Below, piece by piece: positions 11,391-23,866 of a stretch of DNA of 64,000 nt. This DNA comes from the human T2T-CHM13v2.0 reference genome, Homo sapiens. Below the pieces are notes generated by a model. It was not told the DNA's origin. It saw nothing but the letters and a program-made list of their open reading frames with translations, and did not search any database. Positions within the stretch are counted from its first letter, which is position 1. Each line of letters opens with the position of its first letter. The translations under genes and the position numbers were made by a program. The DNA is taken from assembly GCF_009914755.1 (NCBI RefSeq), contig NC_060928.1; one strand, given 5' to 3'.

Positions 11391-14169
11391 TCAAAGAATC
11401 ACAGCATAAAAATGAACACATGAACGTTTAGACCTAGTATGGATCAAACTGTCAGGATATTTCCTTATGGTGTCCTGAAGGGGTGAACATGAAGCATCAG
11501 AGCTGACCTCCTTCTAAATTCTTAAACAGATAGATGCTGTTACTTTTAAGTCCAGCATGTCAGCCCCATCTTGAGGGTTCTGGAGTTTCAGAACTTGTCT
11601 GTGCCAAGAGCTGCAATGTTTTGAACAGACAACAGGATGAGAATTGTGTGGAAGCATCCCCAAAGCTAGATCAGTCTCTGAGGGATGCTCCCTGGAGGCT
11701 CAGTTGGGTCACCTTTGGGGCAAGGGACAGGTTGGCCTAGAAACACTTCTCCCTTTCACCACACTTCCCTAGCAGTCTCCTGGCAGGGACATTAGTCTCT
11801 AATAACTGGGGAAAAGTCAACATTGGACAGTCTTAAAGCTTGTCCTCTAGTAGACCCCAAATGATGGACTTAATGGAACTACTCTGAGTCCTACATGTTT
11901 GATAGCCTGCGATGTTACTCTTGAGGTTCAATTCAGCTGGGTCTTTGAGGCATACTATTTTCTCTGATAATGTTTGTCTTCTAACCTAGTGTTGCTGGTT
12001 GACTTGGTCTCAACCTAAATGCTTCTTGGACTTGATTGCTCTGAAGTCTAATGTATTTACACATTAATCATTTTGAGTTGGTATGTGGTATTCCTGGTGC
12101 TGATTGAACAGTTTGCCTGCTTCTGTACAAATGATGGAGCCAAACCAGACCAGGGCATCGATAGTAAAACAAGGTTATAGGAGGTAATAACAAACTGTGG
12201 TTTTCCTTCTGGCAACTCAAATGCCACTTGGCTGCCTTTTTTGCCTTTTTCAACTGTATCAGTCTGCTATCTGGTGCCTCAGAGGAATCAACATTGTTAA
12301 GGAACATGAAAAATTGCAGGCAAGAGCTGGATCTCTCTAGAAAACTGTGTTACATGTCAAACAATGCTCTGTCCAAATATACTTTCTTCTATAACATTTT
12401 TGCCCCCCTCTGGGAGGGAACTAAGACCAGGTTTTGTAGGAAAAGGTAAGAGCTTTATGCAAGTTTCACACATAGTGCTGATGTACCTTCAGAATAGTGT
12501 TGCATGAGATGAGGGAGCTCCTTTGACACAGGTTAGAGCATGGAAGGCATCATCCCCATGATGGGTGGGTTTGGGGCATCGTGAATCTCCCTAGTGATCA
12601 GGGAGAAGCTCCCTTTCCCTGTTCAAGATTGTCAACAGGGGCTGGTGGCTCAGTGAAGCTCTATGCTCTGCCCTTAGGTGGTAGAATGGATCTTCCTTGG
12701 AACCAGTCTGAATAGGAGGATACAGGAGAAGACATAGCCCAAGGCCTCTTTTGTAGCTCCCTTTGCTTTTGCCTGAGCTATTGCTGCCAGCCCTTATATT
12801 TAGTCCTGTTCCATATTTTGAGTATCAGGGACCCTTTGGTATAGACACAGAACTACAGATAGTGGCAGTGTATAAAATGCAAGTGTTAGTGCCTTCATCA
12901 TTTTGATCGCATGTCTCCTCGATTGTTGGACTCCTATAATCAGGATATTTTTTCTAGATAAAGTGTGGGCTCCTGGGCTAGGTCTGCTTGGATTGTTTGG
13001 CATAAAGCAGAAGTGTGGTGGAAACTGAGAGCTGTATCAGAGGCAAGTACCTAACCATTGTAGTTGAGGGGGAATTACAAGGGTCTTGCTGGCTTCTGGG
13101 TCCTTGAGCCCAGGATTAGGGGAAGAATATGTGAGTTCAAGGGCTGAGCTGGGTCCTATGAGAAAAAAATGCCTACACAGGATTGAACATGGAGGAATCT
13201 ATCAGACAACTGAGATGAGAAGCTGTGGGGGAGGATTCATCCCACAAAGCAGGTAAGGGAGTAAGGCAGGTAGCCTCAGAGTACAGTGAGGTGAAATGAG
13301 CTTTGGGTAGGCCAAGAGTGAGGCTTAGACTCAAAGCTGCTGAAGAGTGGGGTCCCGTTTTGTGGCAATGAGCTTGCCTTAGGCCTGGCTGCTGTGCCAT
13401 GATGGGGACACTGCTGGGCAATTACTCTTCACTGTAGACATCTGAGTCAAGCTTGGTTCCTGTGACCAGTAGAGCTCTACCTGAGAATCCTAGTATTTGG
13501 TGGTAAATCCCAGGACACTCCCATGGGGTGAGGGTAATAAGCTCCTTAAATGATTCCTGATCCCAGCTGCACTGAGTTCTGGGAAATATGAACTACTCCA
13601 ATGCCTGAGTCACATGAATTATAGGTTTCAACTCAGCAAGTCTTTGGAAAAGCTGGTCAAGTGGCCTGATGTCCGGTTAAACTGTATCAGAAATGCAGTG
13701 GAATCACTTTTGTTTTTTCTAGGCAGGATCAATTAACACAGGTGTTTTTCTGGCATAGGTATGAAGTACTCTCAGGTACTTGAATATACCTGCTCTTTCC
13801 TTGACTACCTAAGAGGCTATTGCTTATGTGGTCATACCACCCTTGTAAGTTGCTCAGAAACAGATCAGAAAGCTGTTTGTGTTTTCGAGCTGGCATGCCA
13901 AGGCCACATGTCTAGATAGTAATTTTTATTTCTATCACGTAGGCTATGTTTTGAGAACTCAAGGAAAAATAAGTCAAAGCAGGACCTAGGCTGTTGAGGG
14001 AACTCCTTGGTGAATATGTTGGCCAAAACTCAGAAGGCTTATTGATATTGTTAGCATCTTACATGAGACACTTGTCAGGTGCTTCTTCAACATTGATTCC
14101 CACATTGTTGGCCAAATACACACCTGACATCCTTGTGGAGAAATTATTCCCCACAGATCTCATTCCAGC

Positions 14170-14582
14170 TTATTAAGGTATACCATACTACAACCCACAT
14201 CCCCTAACTATAGTGACTAGTTCAGGGATGGGCATGCTATCTACATGGCCATGCCACTGAAACCCTGGAAGATACTGCTAGAACTGATGTTCTAGCACGA
14301 AGAGCATTTGAAAGAAAATACTCAAGTATACAGCATTTGTCATGAAGGGAGTGCCTGGAACTTCCTGTCCAGAGGGTGGTGGTGGAGCTGAGAGTTAAGC
14401 TGATACCACGGAGGGTAGAAGAGACAAAGAAATCTGATTCTTGGTGCACCTGAGCCTGTTGAACCAGCTTCACTTGGAACCAACACTACATGTAGAATTT
14501 GCAGTTGGTGAGCTAATTTCCTTTTTACTAGGCCAATGCAGTTGGCAGGTTCCTTGGTTAGTTGTGATCAAAAGATCCTAAC
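14170..14582 (+). mobile_element. ERVL-type LTR remnant (LTR16/LTR33-like); paralogue at about 47920-48336
   Basis: GGGATGGGCATG near the 5' end, and a 3' end AATTTCCTTTT..GCCA.TGCAGTTGG....CAAA.GA.TCCTAAC. Confidence 0.45.
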
Positions 14583-15639
14583 ACTTGAAGCCCAGTGAAA
14601 TATAACTAATGTTCTGGATATTAGAACCTAACTTATCACTTGCAGGATGAAAACCAACCTGTAGCTAACAAGTTTGGAGAGATAAGAGTACTGAATAGCA
14701 TCTAAGGCTTATCAGATTAAATGCTTAAATGAGGAAGGAGAAATCGTCTCCTAAAGAGAGCTAGAAAGGCTGTGCCAAAGCCAACATAACATGGAAATCA
14801 TACCGAATTCATGTGACTGACATGCTTATTTCCCCAGCTATGTGCCACTCATAGAAACAAGGTGGTGCCTTGTTTCTGTTGCTCATGACATTCTTTTAAC
14901 AAATTTAGATATCCCCCACCACCCTGGAACTTCTGCACAGAAATGAAAGGTGAAATCAAACAAGAAGCTTCACATGAAATATCTTGCAAATGGAAGGAGT
15001 AACTGACAGGTGTCATGGCTAGTAACGCCAACCCACACCCTAGCATAGGTGATAGTTGCCTGGATCCAGTTGAGCCTCCAGTGAAAACAAATCTGAATTC
15101 TGGCCTTCCTGATCATTGTGTCCTATGGCCACCTAAGTTTTAGACACTTGGTAATAAGCCTCTGTGGGGCATTGTGAGCCATGGGTATACGGCTATGCTT
15201 ACAGTAGTCATGAGTTCACCTGGGTCAGTAGCAGAAAGAAATGGCACATAGAGGAACATGAGAGCCAGAATAGAAGAAACCAACAATTTTCCTGGAGCAT
15301 GAGGTGGTAACTTGGCAAACAGTGAAATATTAAAGTTACAGATAGGGACTAACTCCTAGAAGGGATGGTGAAGATACCTCAGACATCAGGTCAATATGTA
15401 ATAAAGTTAATGCCCAAGGTGTAAAGGTAACTCAAGATCAGGCCTAATCATCTCCTTCCAGACAAATGGTCATCCTCCCTCTGACAGGAGTGACTGTGGC
15501 AGTGTCCATGGGCATATACATGCTGCCTTTCACATGGGGCTTTATTCAAGAGCTGTAGAAATTACATCTCAAATTACTATAGTGCTGATTTTACTCTCGA
15601 GTTTTAGTTGACATCTAAAAACTACATACTGTTGTGAAC

Positions 15640-15960
15640 TCTGAGATGCAGATGCTAAGGGAGATTCAGAGGTTCAAAAATTTTGGGATTGAGGAAGTTC
15701 TGTGAGGAATTGAATCTGGGGTAGGATCCAGAGGATCATGCATGTCAGACTCGAAGGAAGAAATATTAGGTGGGAAGTGGTTTAGACTGAGCTGTGATAC
15801 TAAGTGTCTTAGCAAAGATGCTGGTAAGCCCCAGAGCTCAAATGCCCCCTTGGAGTCACATGCGTCCTGAATGTGCTGGATTGAGCACCCCTGCTACACT
15901 CAGGCATTGGTTGGACATAGGATGTGGGAAGCAACACTTTAATAGCCACCACAGTCAGCC
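15640..15960 (-). mobile_element. Old MLT1 LTR remnant; paralogues at about 46255-46580 and 53625-53940
   Basis: GCAGATGCTAAGG..GGAAGTGGTTTAGACTGAGCTGTGATACTAAGTGTCTTAGCAA, conserved in all three copies. Confidence 0.5.
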
Positions 15961-17011
15961 GCTGTACTGCGCAGAGGTACTTGGCTACACAGGTTCTCAG
16001 AGCAGCAACTCCATGTCCCTTGGGCCTCCCTTCCAGAGTAAACTCAAGAGGCTCTGGGACAAAATGCAGCGCCTGTGACTGGAGTCAATCTTGGGTAACA
16101 ACTAATTCTCATCCTCTGTCTCCTCCAATATCTACCCTAAATCCCCTTTGGCCTCAGCTGTCAACTCAGCTGAGGGTTGGTGCTTACCTGGTGCTGTGAC
16201 CTAAATCTTTGGCCTGAGGGGTCTCCACTTCTAGAGATCATATGCTTTTCAAGATAGTGCTGCTTGCCTTTATCTTTTGGAGTGGGGCAAGGAAGTTGAA
16301 GGAGATGTCCCATTTTATCTGCTGGGTTCCATTCATATTACTTGCTCCCGGGGTATACTAGTCCATCCTCTCTTCAGAGTGGTTAATCCTGCATTAGGAT
16401 GACTCACAAAACACGTCAATGCTTCACTTGGAATGATGGAAAAAGGGACCACTTCTTTTTATCTCTTGGTACCGAACCCATTAGTGTTACTGGGGGTGTG
16501 GTACCATGGAGATGCCTCCCGCATGTATATGCTTTCTCCTGAAGGAGGGCATCCAAATATGCAGCATGCATGACTCACAAATGCTTCTACCAGGCTTCTT
16601 GAAGGCTGTCTGCACATTCTACAAGGCTACCTACTTCTAAATGGTCTTGTGTGAGGACTATGGATGCCCCCTCCAAGATCCAGATTCCACTTGGTACATT
16701 TGTGACCCAAGACACCTTGGGAACTGAGGTTCACAGTCTTGGCCAGATGGAAGCACTGAGTTACACAGGAAAAACCTAAGTTTCTGAGAAAATTGGGTCA
16801 GTTGGAGCCTCAGCTGGCCAACTTCTGAGATGTCATTCTGTGGAGAACAAGCAGTGATTGAGAGTCCTAAGGAGACTTCTGGGGCATGCAGGCCTGGATG
16901 GGAGGCAGTTTTGGGAAGGAGAATGGGTTAAGCTGAAAGGAAAATGAATCTCAAAGCTGGGGATCCAAAGTAGAAGTTGTTTAGGATAGAGGACCTCTAG
17001 TGGAACAGAGG

Positions 17012-17378
17012 TGATATGGTTAGGCTTAGTGTCCTCACCCAAATCTCATCTTGAATTGTAATCTCCATAATCCCCATGTGTAAAAGGAGAGAGCAGGTGG
17101 AGGTAATTAAATTATGGGGGTGGCTTCCCCCATTCTGTTCTTGTGGTAGTTCTCACAAGATCTGATGCTTTTATACGGGGCTCTTCCCACTTCATCTGTA
17201 CTTCACCTTCCTGCCAGCTTGTGAAGAAGTTGCCTTGCTTCCCCTTTGCCTTCTGCCATGATTGCACGTTTCCTGAGGTCTCCCAGCCATGCTGAACTGA
17301 GTCAATGAAACATCTTTCCTTTATAGATCACCCAGTCTCACGTAGTTCTTTATAGCAGTATGAAAACAGACTAATACA
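17012..17378 (+). mobile_element. THE1 (THE1D-like) MaLR solo LTR
   Basis: TGATATGGTTAGGCTT..CACCCAAATCTCATCTTGAATTGTAAT..GCCATGATTG..TTTCCTGAGG..CTTTATAGCAGTATGAAAACAGACTAATACA; 367 bp, TG...CA ends. Confidence 0.93.
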
Positions 17379-20300
17379 GGAGCTGAAGTCTAAAGCAGAG
17401 CAAATATGCAGAGAAGCCAGAGCCAGCTTTTCTATGTCAATGGCCAGCACCTTGGAGTGTGGACTGGGGGTCATAGTAGCTGGAGGATGGTATGTTTTTC
17501 AAGGTAACATTTGCAGAACCAAACACTTGCTCACATTTTCTCTTATGTGTAGAAAAAAAGGAATCAGAAGGAAGAAAATGTATGGCTATATTTTCTATGC
17601 TTTCACTTTCTAGTGTGCCTTATTGTATACAAACTTTCTTTCAAACAGGAGCCTTGCCAGGCCTCTTGGGATTGTTTTAACTTCTCTCAATGCAGGAAAG
17701 ACATGTGACACATCATGGCAAAGTAAGCAATGTAAGCATGTGAGATGGGCCTTGTGGGGACATAGAGTATAGGGCAGCTCTACATCCTGCATTCACCTGC
17801 AGATGAACATGCTGGTGTGCATGCACAGGGTCATGTGGGGGCATCTTCAATTTGAATAGTGGCTTGGGTAGAAAAGTTTTGCCAGTCTATACAATCAATG
17901 TGCCAGTGGTGACTTTGGCAGGAAGGACTTTGTCTTGACCTTGTTGGTTCTGTGGCTCTTCCAAAGAAGTTGAATGTTGAGGAACAGTTATGGTACTTGA
18001 TGTAAGTTACAGTTCTTAAAGCATTCAATGATAGTTCTACCTTCTTGAGGGTTAGAGTCTGCATGTTACTGCATGGGGAATTTATAGGCAAACTACTTCC
18101 CTAGGGTGACATAGCTAAGGTGTTACATGAAGTCTGGAATCCAGTTAATCTGAATTGATACAGTATATCTTCATAGACACCATTGAATTTAGAGAAGCAA
18201 GATGCTCATCTACACTTTCTCTAGGTCTTGTAGAAGATGCCACCAGTACAGAGAAAGATGATAGAATTCCAAATATCCCCCTGGTGGCAAGAGGGATATC
18301 TGGCATCTCCTTGCCCCCAACTAGTCTGGCCTCGTGTTGACATGCTCTCTGATTCAGTAACGCTAATCCTTGGACTCTATGTAGACCATGGTTAAGACCA
18401 TCGTGGGCATTGTTGCTTCTGGATTCAGGAAGGAGGGTTATCTTTGGCTTTCTAGACAGTCGTCTTTTGATGGGACCAATGAAAGACACAGAATTCCATA
18501 GGTGAGGGGCCAACACCAGGGAATAAACCATGGCAGTATAGAAGATAATTATCTAGGGCCATAAAATGCTGTAACATGCTGGCTTGTACCTAGAAATTAG
18601 AGGAAAACGTGTCATGTCACTGGTGTCAGCAATGGGCAGAACACCTATTCAGGGGACTCCAGTGTTTTGCTATCTGGTGTACTATTCTCAGGAACTTTAA
18701 ACCTTCCTGTCTGTCCAACTCCCCTGGCTTCCCCTAGGTATTTGTAGGTTGCCTGTATCCAGATGACTTCCTTTGGCTTAAGGTCTCTGCATTTGAAACT
18801 TATGTCTCGAGTGCATACTCCCACTTTTAGATACTGAGACAGGAGTCTGAGAGGTGAGCCCTAAGTATATTACGTGTATGGCTTCCTCTTCCAGGTCACA
18901 TTGCTAAAGACCCTGGAAATCGCTCCTATGAGCAGAGGAAAAATCTAAGCTATAGAAACCACAACTACAGCATGGCACTGGTGTACCTCAGGTACTACAA
19001 AGTGATAGCTGATACAGGTTGGGGTACAAAAGATAACCCTTCCAAGTGAAGGTAAAATTACAGATGCCCATAACTTTCAAGCACCAACTTAACCCTTGGC
19101 TGAGCCCTGTCCTCCATTATTTGGAGTCCTAGGGAGAGTTCTAGCGTGCAGGATCTGGATTTTATGCTGATGCTGTACTTGCAGGCCAGGGCAGACCCTC
19201 ATCAGGTTCTGTCCTGTGTGACTCTTGAGTCAACAGTCAAGTGTAGACAGTCAACCCCAAGGTTGCAGGTGGGCTCTTACTTCCAGGAAAATGACTTGAG
19301 ATGCTTTCCTCAAGGTCCTGTGAGAACCGAGTCACTGGCAGAGTAACTTGTCCTATCTCCTAGGAGCCCCTTTTCAGCTGAACAGATCAAACACGATTGT
19401 GGAGGAATCCCCATCTGCCTTGTTAGATTGGAAATTGTGTTCCTGAATTAGAAGTAATATTGATGTTAACACATCCAAGTGCCTATCAAATGGCTTATTG
19501 TAGTTCTTGTCTGTTAGCTTAAACAGTCAGAAGTCTGTTGTGACATAACTTGTGCCCCTTTAAAGAAGGTAAAAATTTTCCTACCACAGGCCATTGTGAG
19601 ATGCTTCTTGTACTCTGTCCTTTCATGAACTGAAAGTCAGCCATGCTGTTGTAGGTCAAGGTGCCTGCATAAGACTTTCTAGGGGAGGGGCAGAGGAGGG
19701 AGCTAAGCAGGCATATGGTATGTTGGAGTTCAGCTTCCATCCGGGCCCACGTGGAGCTCTGAGGTTACAAAGCATGTTGAGGGTACAGAGCATGTTGCTC
19801 TGAGAGTGCAAGTGCCATGTTGAGGTATCGATGTAAGCCTTTTATTCCCAGAGTCAGTACTGGCTGTGGGCTTCTGGGGAAGAGGTCTCTCTACTAGGCT
19901 GAGGGCAGTTTTCCAGAGGAAGTGGCTTGGGAACCATTAGCAGCCAGCAGTCTTAGCTACTGGGTGGTAAATGCCTTGACTCAGTGAAAGGGCACCGCAT
20001 GAAGCACCAACTATTTTCATCATACATGCTGGAACAACTTGTCCCACTGATGGCAAGAAGGGGGTGTGATTGTGTACCAGCATACTCTGGTTGTTGCCAA
20101 ATCTGCAACTTGGTGAGTATGTGGCTGAGCATGTTGCCACATGCAGCAGGTCCTCTTCACATCTGAGAAGGGCAGTGCACACCAGACTCTGTGAAGCTCA
20201 GCATGTTTGTGGTGCCAAATGTGGAGACGGAAGTATCATAGAAATCCAGAAAGGAGAAGTGGAAGGAACTGTGGCTGGCAGGATGGCAGTGACATGGGCA

Positions 20301-21009
20301 TCTGTCACTCAGCATAGCAGGGACCTTGGGACCTCACCAAGTAGAATTGAAGAGCACAAGAACCATATTAGAGAATGGTGAAATCTAGTCAGAACTGGTA
20401 ACAATTCTTCCCTTAACTAATTCTATTGGAAGCAGTAAGCCCAGCCACAACTACTTGTTTTGTGATACTTTGTAGTTTAGGGTGGGCATGACTCCAATTT
20501 CTACTTATATCTTATGGGTCTGAAGGTCAATGGGCTTCCCAGGGTATCTACTTAAGAGGAACAGTCTCAGCTAGCACATGTTTTTGCATTTCCCAAATCT
20601 AGTGACTTCATATCTAGTGATTTCCCAAATTGAGCAATTTCATATCTAGTGATTTGAATTGGATTTGCTTTCTAGTCTCTGACCTGCTTTTCCATGTAGA
20701 AGCACTTGGCACAGCTTTCCTGTCGAACTGCTGCCTTTCCTATAGAGCCCTCCAGATAAAATCTCATCTTCAGTGACTGGATGTGCTTGGCAAGTGAGAT
20801 GGTGTGGTAGGACTAAAGTTCTGCTTATTCTAAGCAGGTTTGGAGGAGTATTCAATAGGGCCACTATACCATCAACTTCCATTCTTCTAATTTACCTAGA
20901 AATTAAGAATTAGGTCTATAGGTATCTTACACCACAATTCATAAAGGACATAGCAGGAGTAGTCTATGTATCTGTCACTTCTATAGATTGAGTTGAATAG
21001 GAGTTCAAA

Positions 21010-23350
21010 TGCTATTCCCTCAGGTTCCAGATGGCTTGGACCATAGGGTAGACTTCCCTCCCACTCCTTTCATTGCAGGTAGGGTCAGGCTCTAGGACCT
21101 TTTGCTTTAAGGCCACCTTTAATCTTTTTTTTAAGATCTGGGATACCTGTGCAGAACGTGCAGGTTTGTTACATAGGTATACATGTGCTATGGTGGTTTG
21201 CTGCACCCACCAACCTCTCTTCCAGGTTACCAGCCATGCATGCATTAGGTATTCATCCTAATGCTCTCCCTCCCCTTGCCCCCTGAGCCTGCAACAGGTC
21301 CTGGTGTGTGATGTTACCCTCCCTGTGTCCACATGTTCTCATTGTTCAACTCCCACTTATAAGAACATGTGGCGTTTGGTTTTCTGTTCCTGTGTAAGTT
21401 TGCTGAGAATGATGGTTTCCAGCTTCATCCATGTCCCTGCAAATGGCACAAACTCATTCTTTTTTATGGCTGCATAGTATTCCATGGTATATATATGCCA
21501 CATTTTCTTTATCCAGTCTATCATTGATGGGCATTTGGGTTGGTTCCAAGTCTTTGCTATTTTAAATAGCACTGCATTAAACATACATGAGCATGTGTCT
21601 TTATAGAATGACTTATAATCCTTTGGATATACCTAGTAATGGGATTGCTGGGTCAAATTGTATTTCTGGTTCTAGATCCTTGAGGAAATGCCACAGTCTT
21701 CCACAATAGCTGAACCAATTTACACTCCCACCAACAGTGTAAAAGAATTCCTATTTCTCCATAGCCTCGCCAACATCTGTTTCCTGACTTTTTAATGATT
21801 GCCATTCTAACTGGCATGAGATGGTATCTCACTGTGGCTTGATTAGCATTTCTCTGATGACCAGTGGTCTTTTGTTCATGTTTGGCCACAAAAGTGTCTT
21901 TTGAGAACTGTCTGTTCATATCCTTTGCCCACTTTTTCATGGGTTTTTTTCTTGTAAATTTAAGTTCCTTGTAGATTCTGGATATTAGACCTTTGTTGGA
22001 TAGGTAGCTTGCAAAAATTTTCTCCCATTCTGTAGGTTGCCTGTTCACTTTGATAGTTTCTTTGGCTGTGCAGAAGCTCTTTAGTTCAATTAGATCCCAT
22101 TTGTCAATTTTGGCTTTTGTTGCCGTTCCTTTTGGTGTTGTAGTCATGAAGTCTCTGCCCATGCCTATGTCCTGGATGGTATTGCCTAAGTTTCTTCTAG
22201 GATTTTTAGGGTATTGGGCTTTACATTTAAGTCTTTAACCCATCTTGAGTTAATTTTTGTATAAGGTATAAGGAAAGGGTCCAGTTTGTTTTCTGCATGT
22301 GGCTAGCCAGTTTTCCCAACACCACTTAAGTAGGGAGTCCTTTCAATCTTATGCTCTTTTGCCACAAGGATAAAAACCTCTCAGGGAATTAGAACTGAAC
22401 CAAAACCTGTGCAGTGGCTATAGCAGAGCTCTTCTAGACTCCTAGTTCCAGGTTCCTTTGAGGTATGTCTCCAGGCAGGAGCAGTTTTGTCCAAGTCTTC
22501 TCATAGGTTCAAGATGGAGAGAGACTAAAGGGATCTGCTCAGGGACGGGGCTGTGCTTTAACTCTCAGCTTGTTTTCTCAGAATATCCTCAACTCTGACC
22601 CTGAGCCTTCAGCAGATGAGAATAGTAGAAGGTAAAGCCTAAATGAGTTCCTGCTGCCTGGAATAGGCACTCCTGTAACTATGGAGACCAGGTGGGCAAT
22701 GTGGGCTGTGGTAGGTATCGGTGATCCTTAGGGGAGGGATCTCCTGTGAAGCCTATGATCTTAGTAGCAGCCTCACAGTGAAATTCATTCTACAGTGTAT
22801 GTCACTGTAATGGGTTGGAGTTCTGGAAAGCTGTTTCAATGAAACAACTGCTGGCCCATATCCTGGCTTGTGGCAAACCCCTGTCTCAAGTAGAACCTCT
22901 GTTGCACCCTTAAGACTTTCATGCCCTTCGTTAATAGTAGCAGAGTCCCTAACAATGAGGTCTCCGGAGATGCGGCAAGTAGAATGAAAAAGACACAAGG
23001 CAAAATGCAAGACAATAGGAATCACAGTACCCAGTGAGCAGGAGATGGCATAGCACAAGTGGGCAGTCAGCCTGTGAGCCAGCCCCCAGGCATCCTTGCT
23101 GCTTGATGTTCAAGCCCCTTCCCTTGAGGGTAGATGTAGTGGCTTGATAAATAGATAATGGAAACGATTTGCCCCTCAAATGAGCTTGAGACTGGCTTCT
23201 GTCTTGGGTCTTACACTCGATTTGTTTTGCAATGTGTGTACTAGGAGAATCAAGCTATGTGGTAAACCACTCCATGCAGCAGCCAACTTGGCAAGGAGGA
23301 GAAATGTTCAACTCGACAGTCTGAGCAGCTGAAGCATATCACTGATCTTG
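21010..23350 (+). repeat. Duplication block (paralogue of 57720-58880), interrupted by an L1
   Basis: CCAGATGG.TTGGAC (21027/57749); GACCCTGAGCC.TCAGCAGATGAGAATAG (22597/58091); CCCTGTCTCAAG (22879/58386); TGAGGTCTCC (22956/58467). Confidence 0.88.
21125..22344 (-). mobile_element. 5'-truncated LINE-1 (L1PA8-like), about 1.2 kb
   Basis: Poly(T) then GTGCAGAACGTGCAGGTTTGTTACATAGGTATAC. ORF2 C-terminal fragments (..[27 protein letters not shown]; ..[20 protein letters not shown]). Short TSD-like AATCTT on both sides. The paralogue near 57835 is the empty site. Confidence 0.95.
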
Positions 23351-23356
23351 GAAGCA

Positions 23357-23866
23357 TAGTAGTCCTCCTTATGTGTGGGAGATATGTTGTAAGACCCCCA
23401 TAGATGTCTAAAACCATGAAGACATTGTCAGAAGGCCAGCTGAGAGTTAAAGCACCTTATATATACTGTTTTTCTCTATACATAATGCATCTATGACAAA
23501 ACTTAACTTCACACTTAGGCAAAGGAAGGCTAACAATAATGAAATAAAACCATAACATACCAGCATTACTACTGGTGACAATTAAGTAAAATAAGGGTTA
23601 CTTGAACACAAACACTGCAATACCATTGATTTGATAATGGAAATGGCTGCTAGTAGCTGGATAGTATACAAGGTGTAGAAATCCTAGACAAAGGGATGTC
23701 CTATGTCCACAGTAGGATGGTATGAGACCTCATCACACTACTCAATGACATGCAACTGAAAACATGACAGGATTACTCTAGGAATTCTGTCTAACTTTGG
23801 CCTGCAGGTACCTGGGTAGCTGATACTGTGGAAAACAAAACCCCACACAAAAGTAGGGGACTACTG
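23357..23866 (+). mobile_element. MER44B-like (Tigger7-derived) full-length non-autonomous DNA transposon inside an MLT1 LTR
   Basis: TIRs TAGTAGTCCTCCTTAT... and ...GTAGGGGACTACTG; internal AAGTAAAATAAGGGTTACTTGAACACAA.CACTGC. Confidence 0.85.

Larger units (their letters stand above)
11880..16760 (+). repeat. Older duplication block, copy 1 (paralogues at 32600-35800 and 46780-54700)
   Basis: GGCTAGGTCTGCTTGGATTGT..CATAA.GCAGA (12976/33721/46871); TATCAGAGGCA (13035/33791/46947); GGTCCTATGAGAA (13152/33904; GGTCCTGTGAGAA at 47050); CAGCAAGTCTTT (13634/34463); GGGATGGGCAT.CTATC (14225/47975); TGATGGAAAA.GG.ACCA (16434/35523/54388). Confidence 0.85.
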
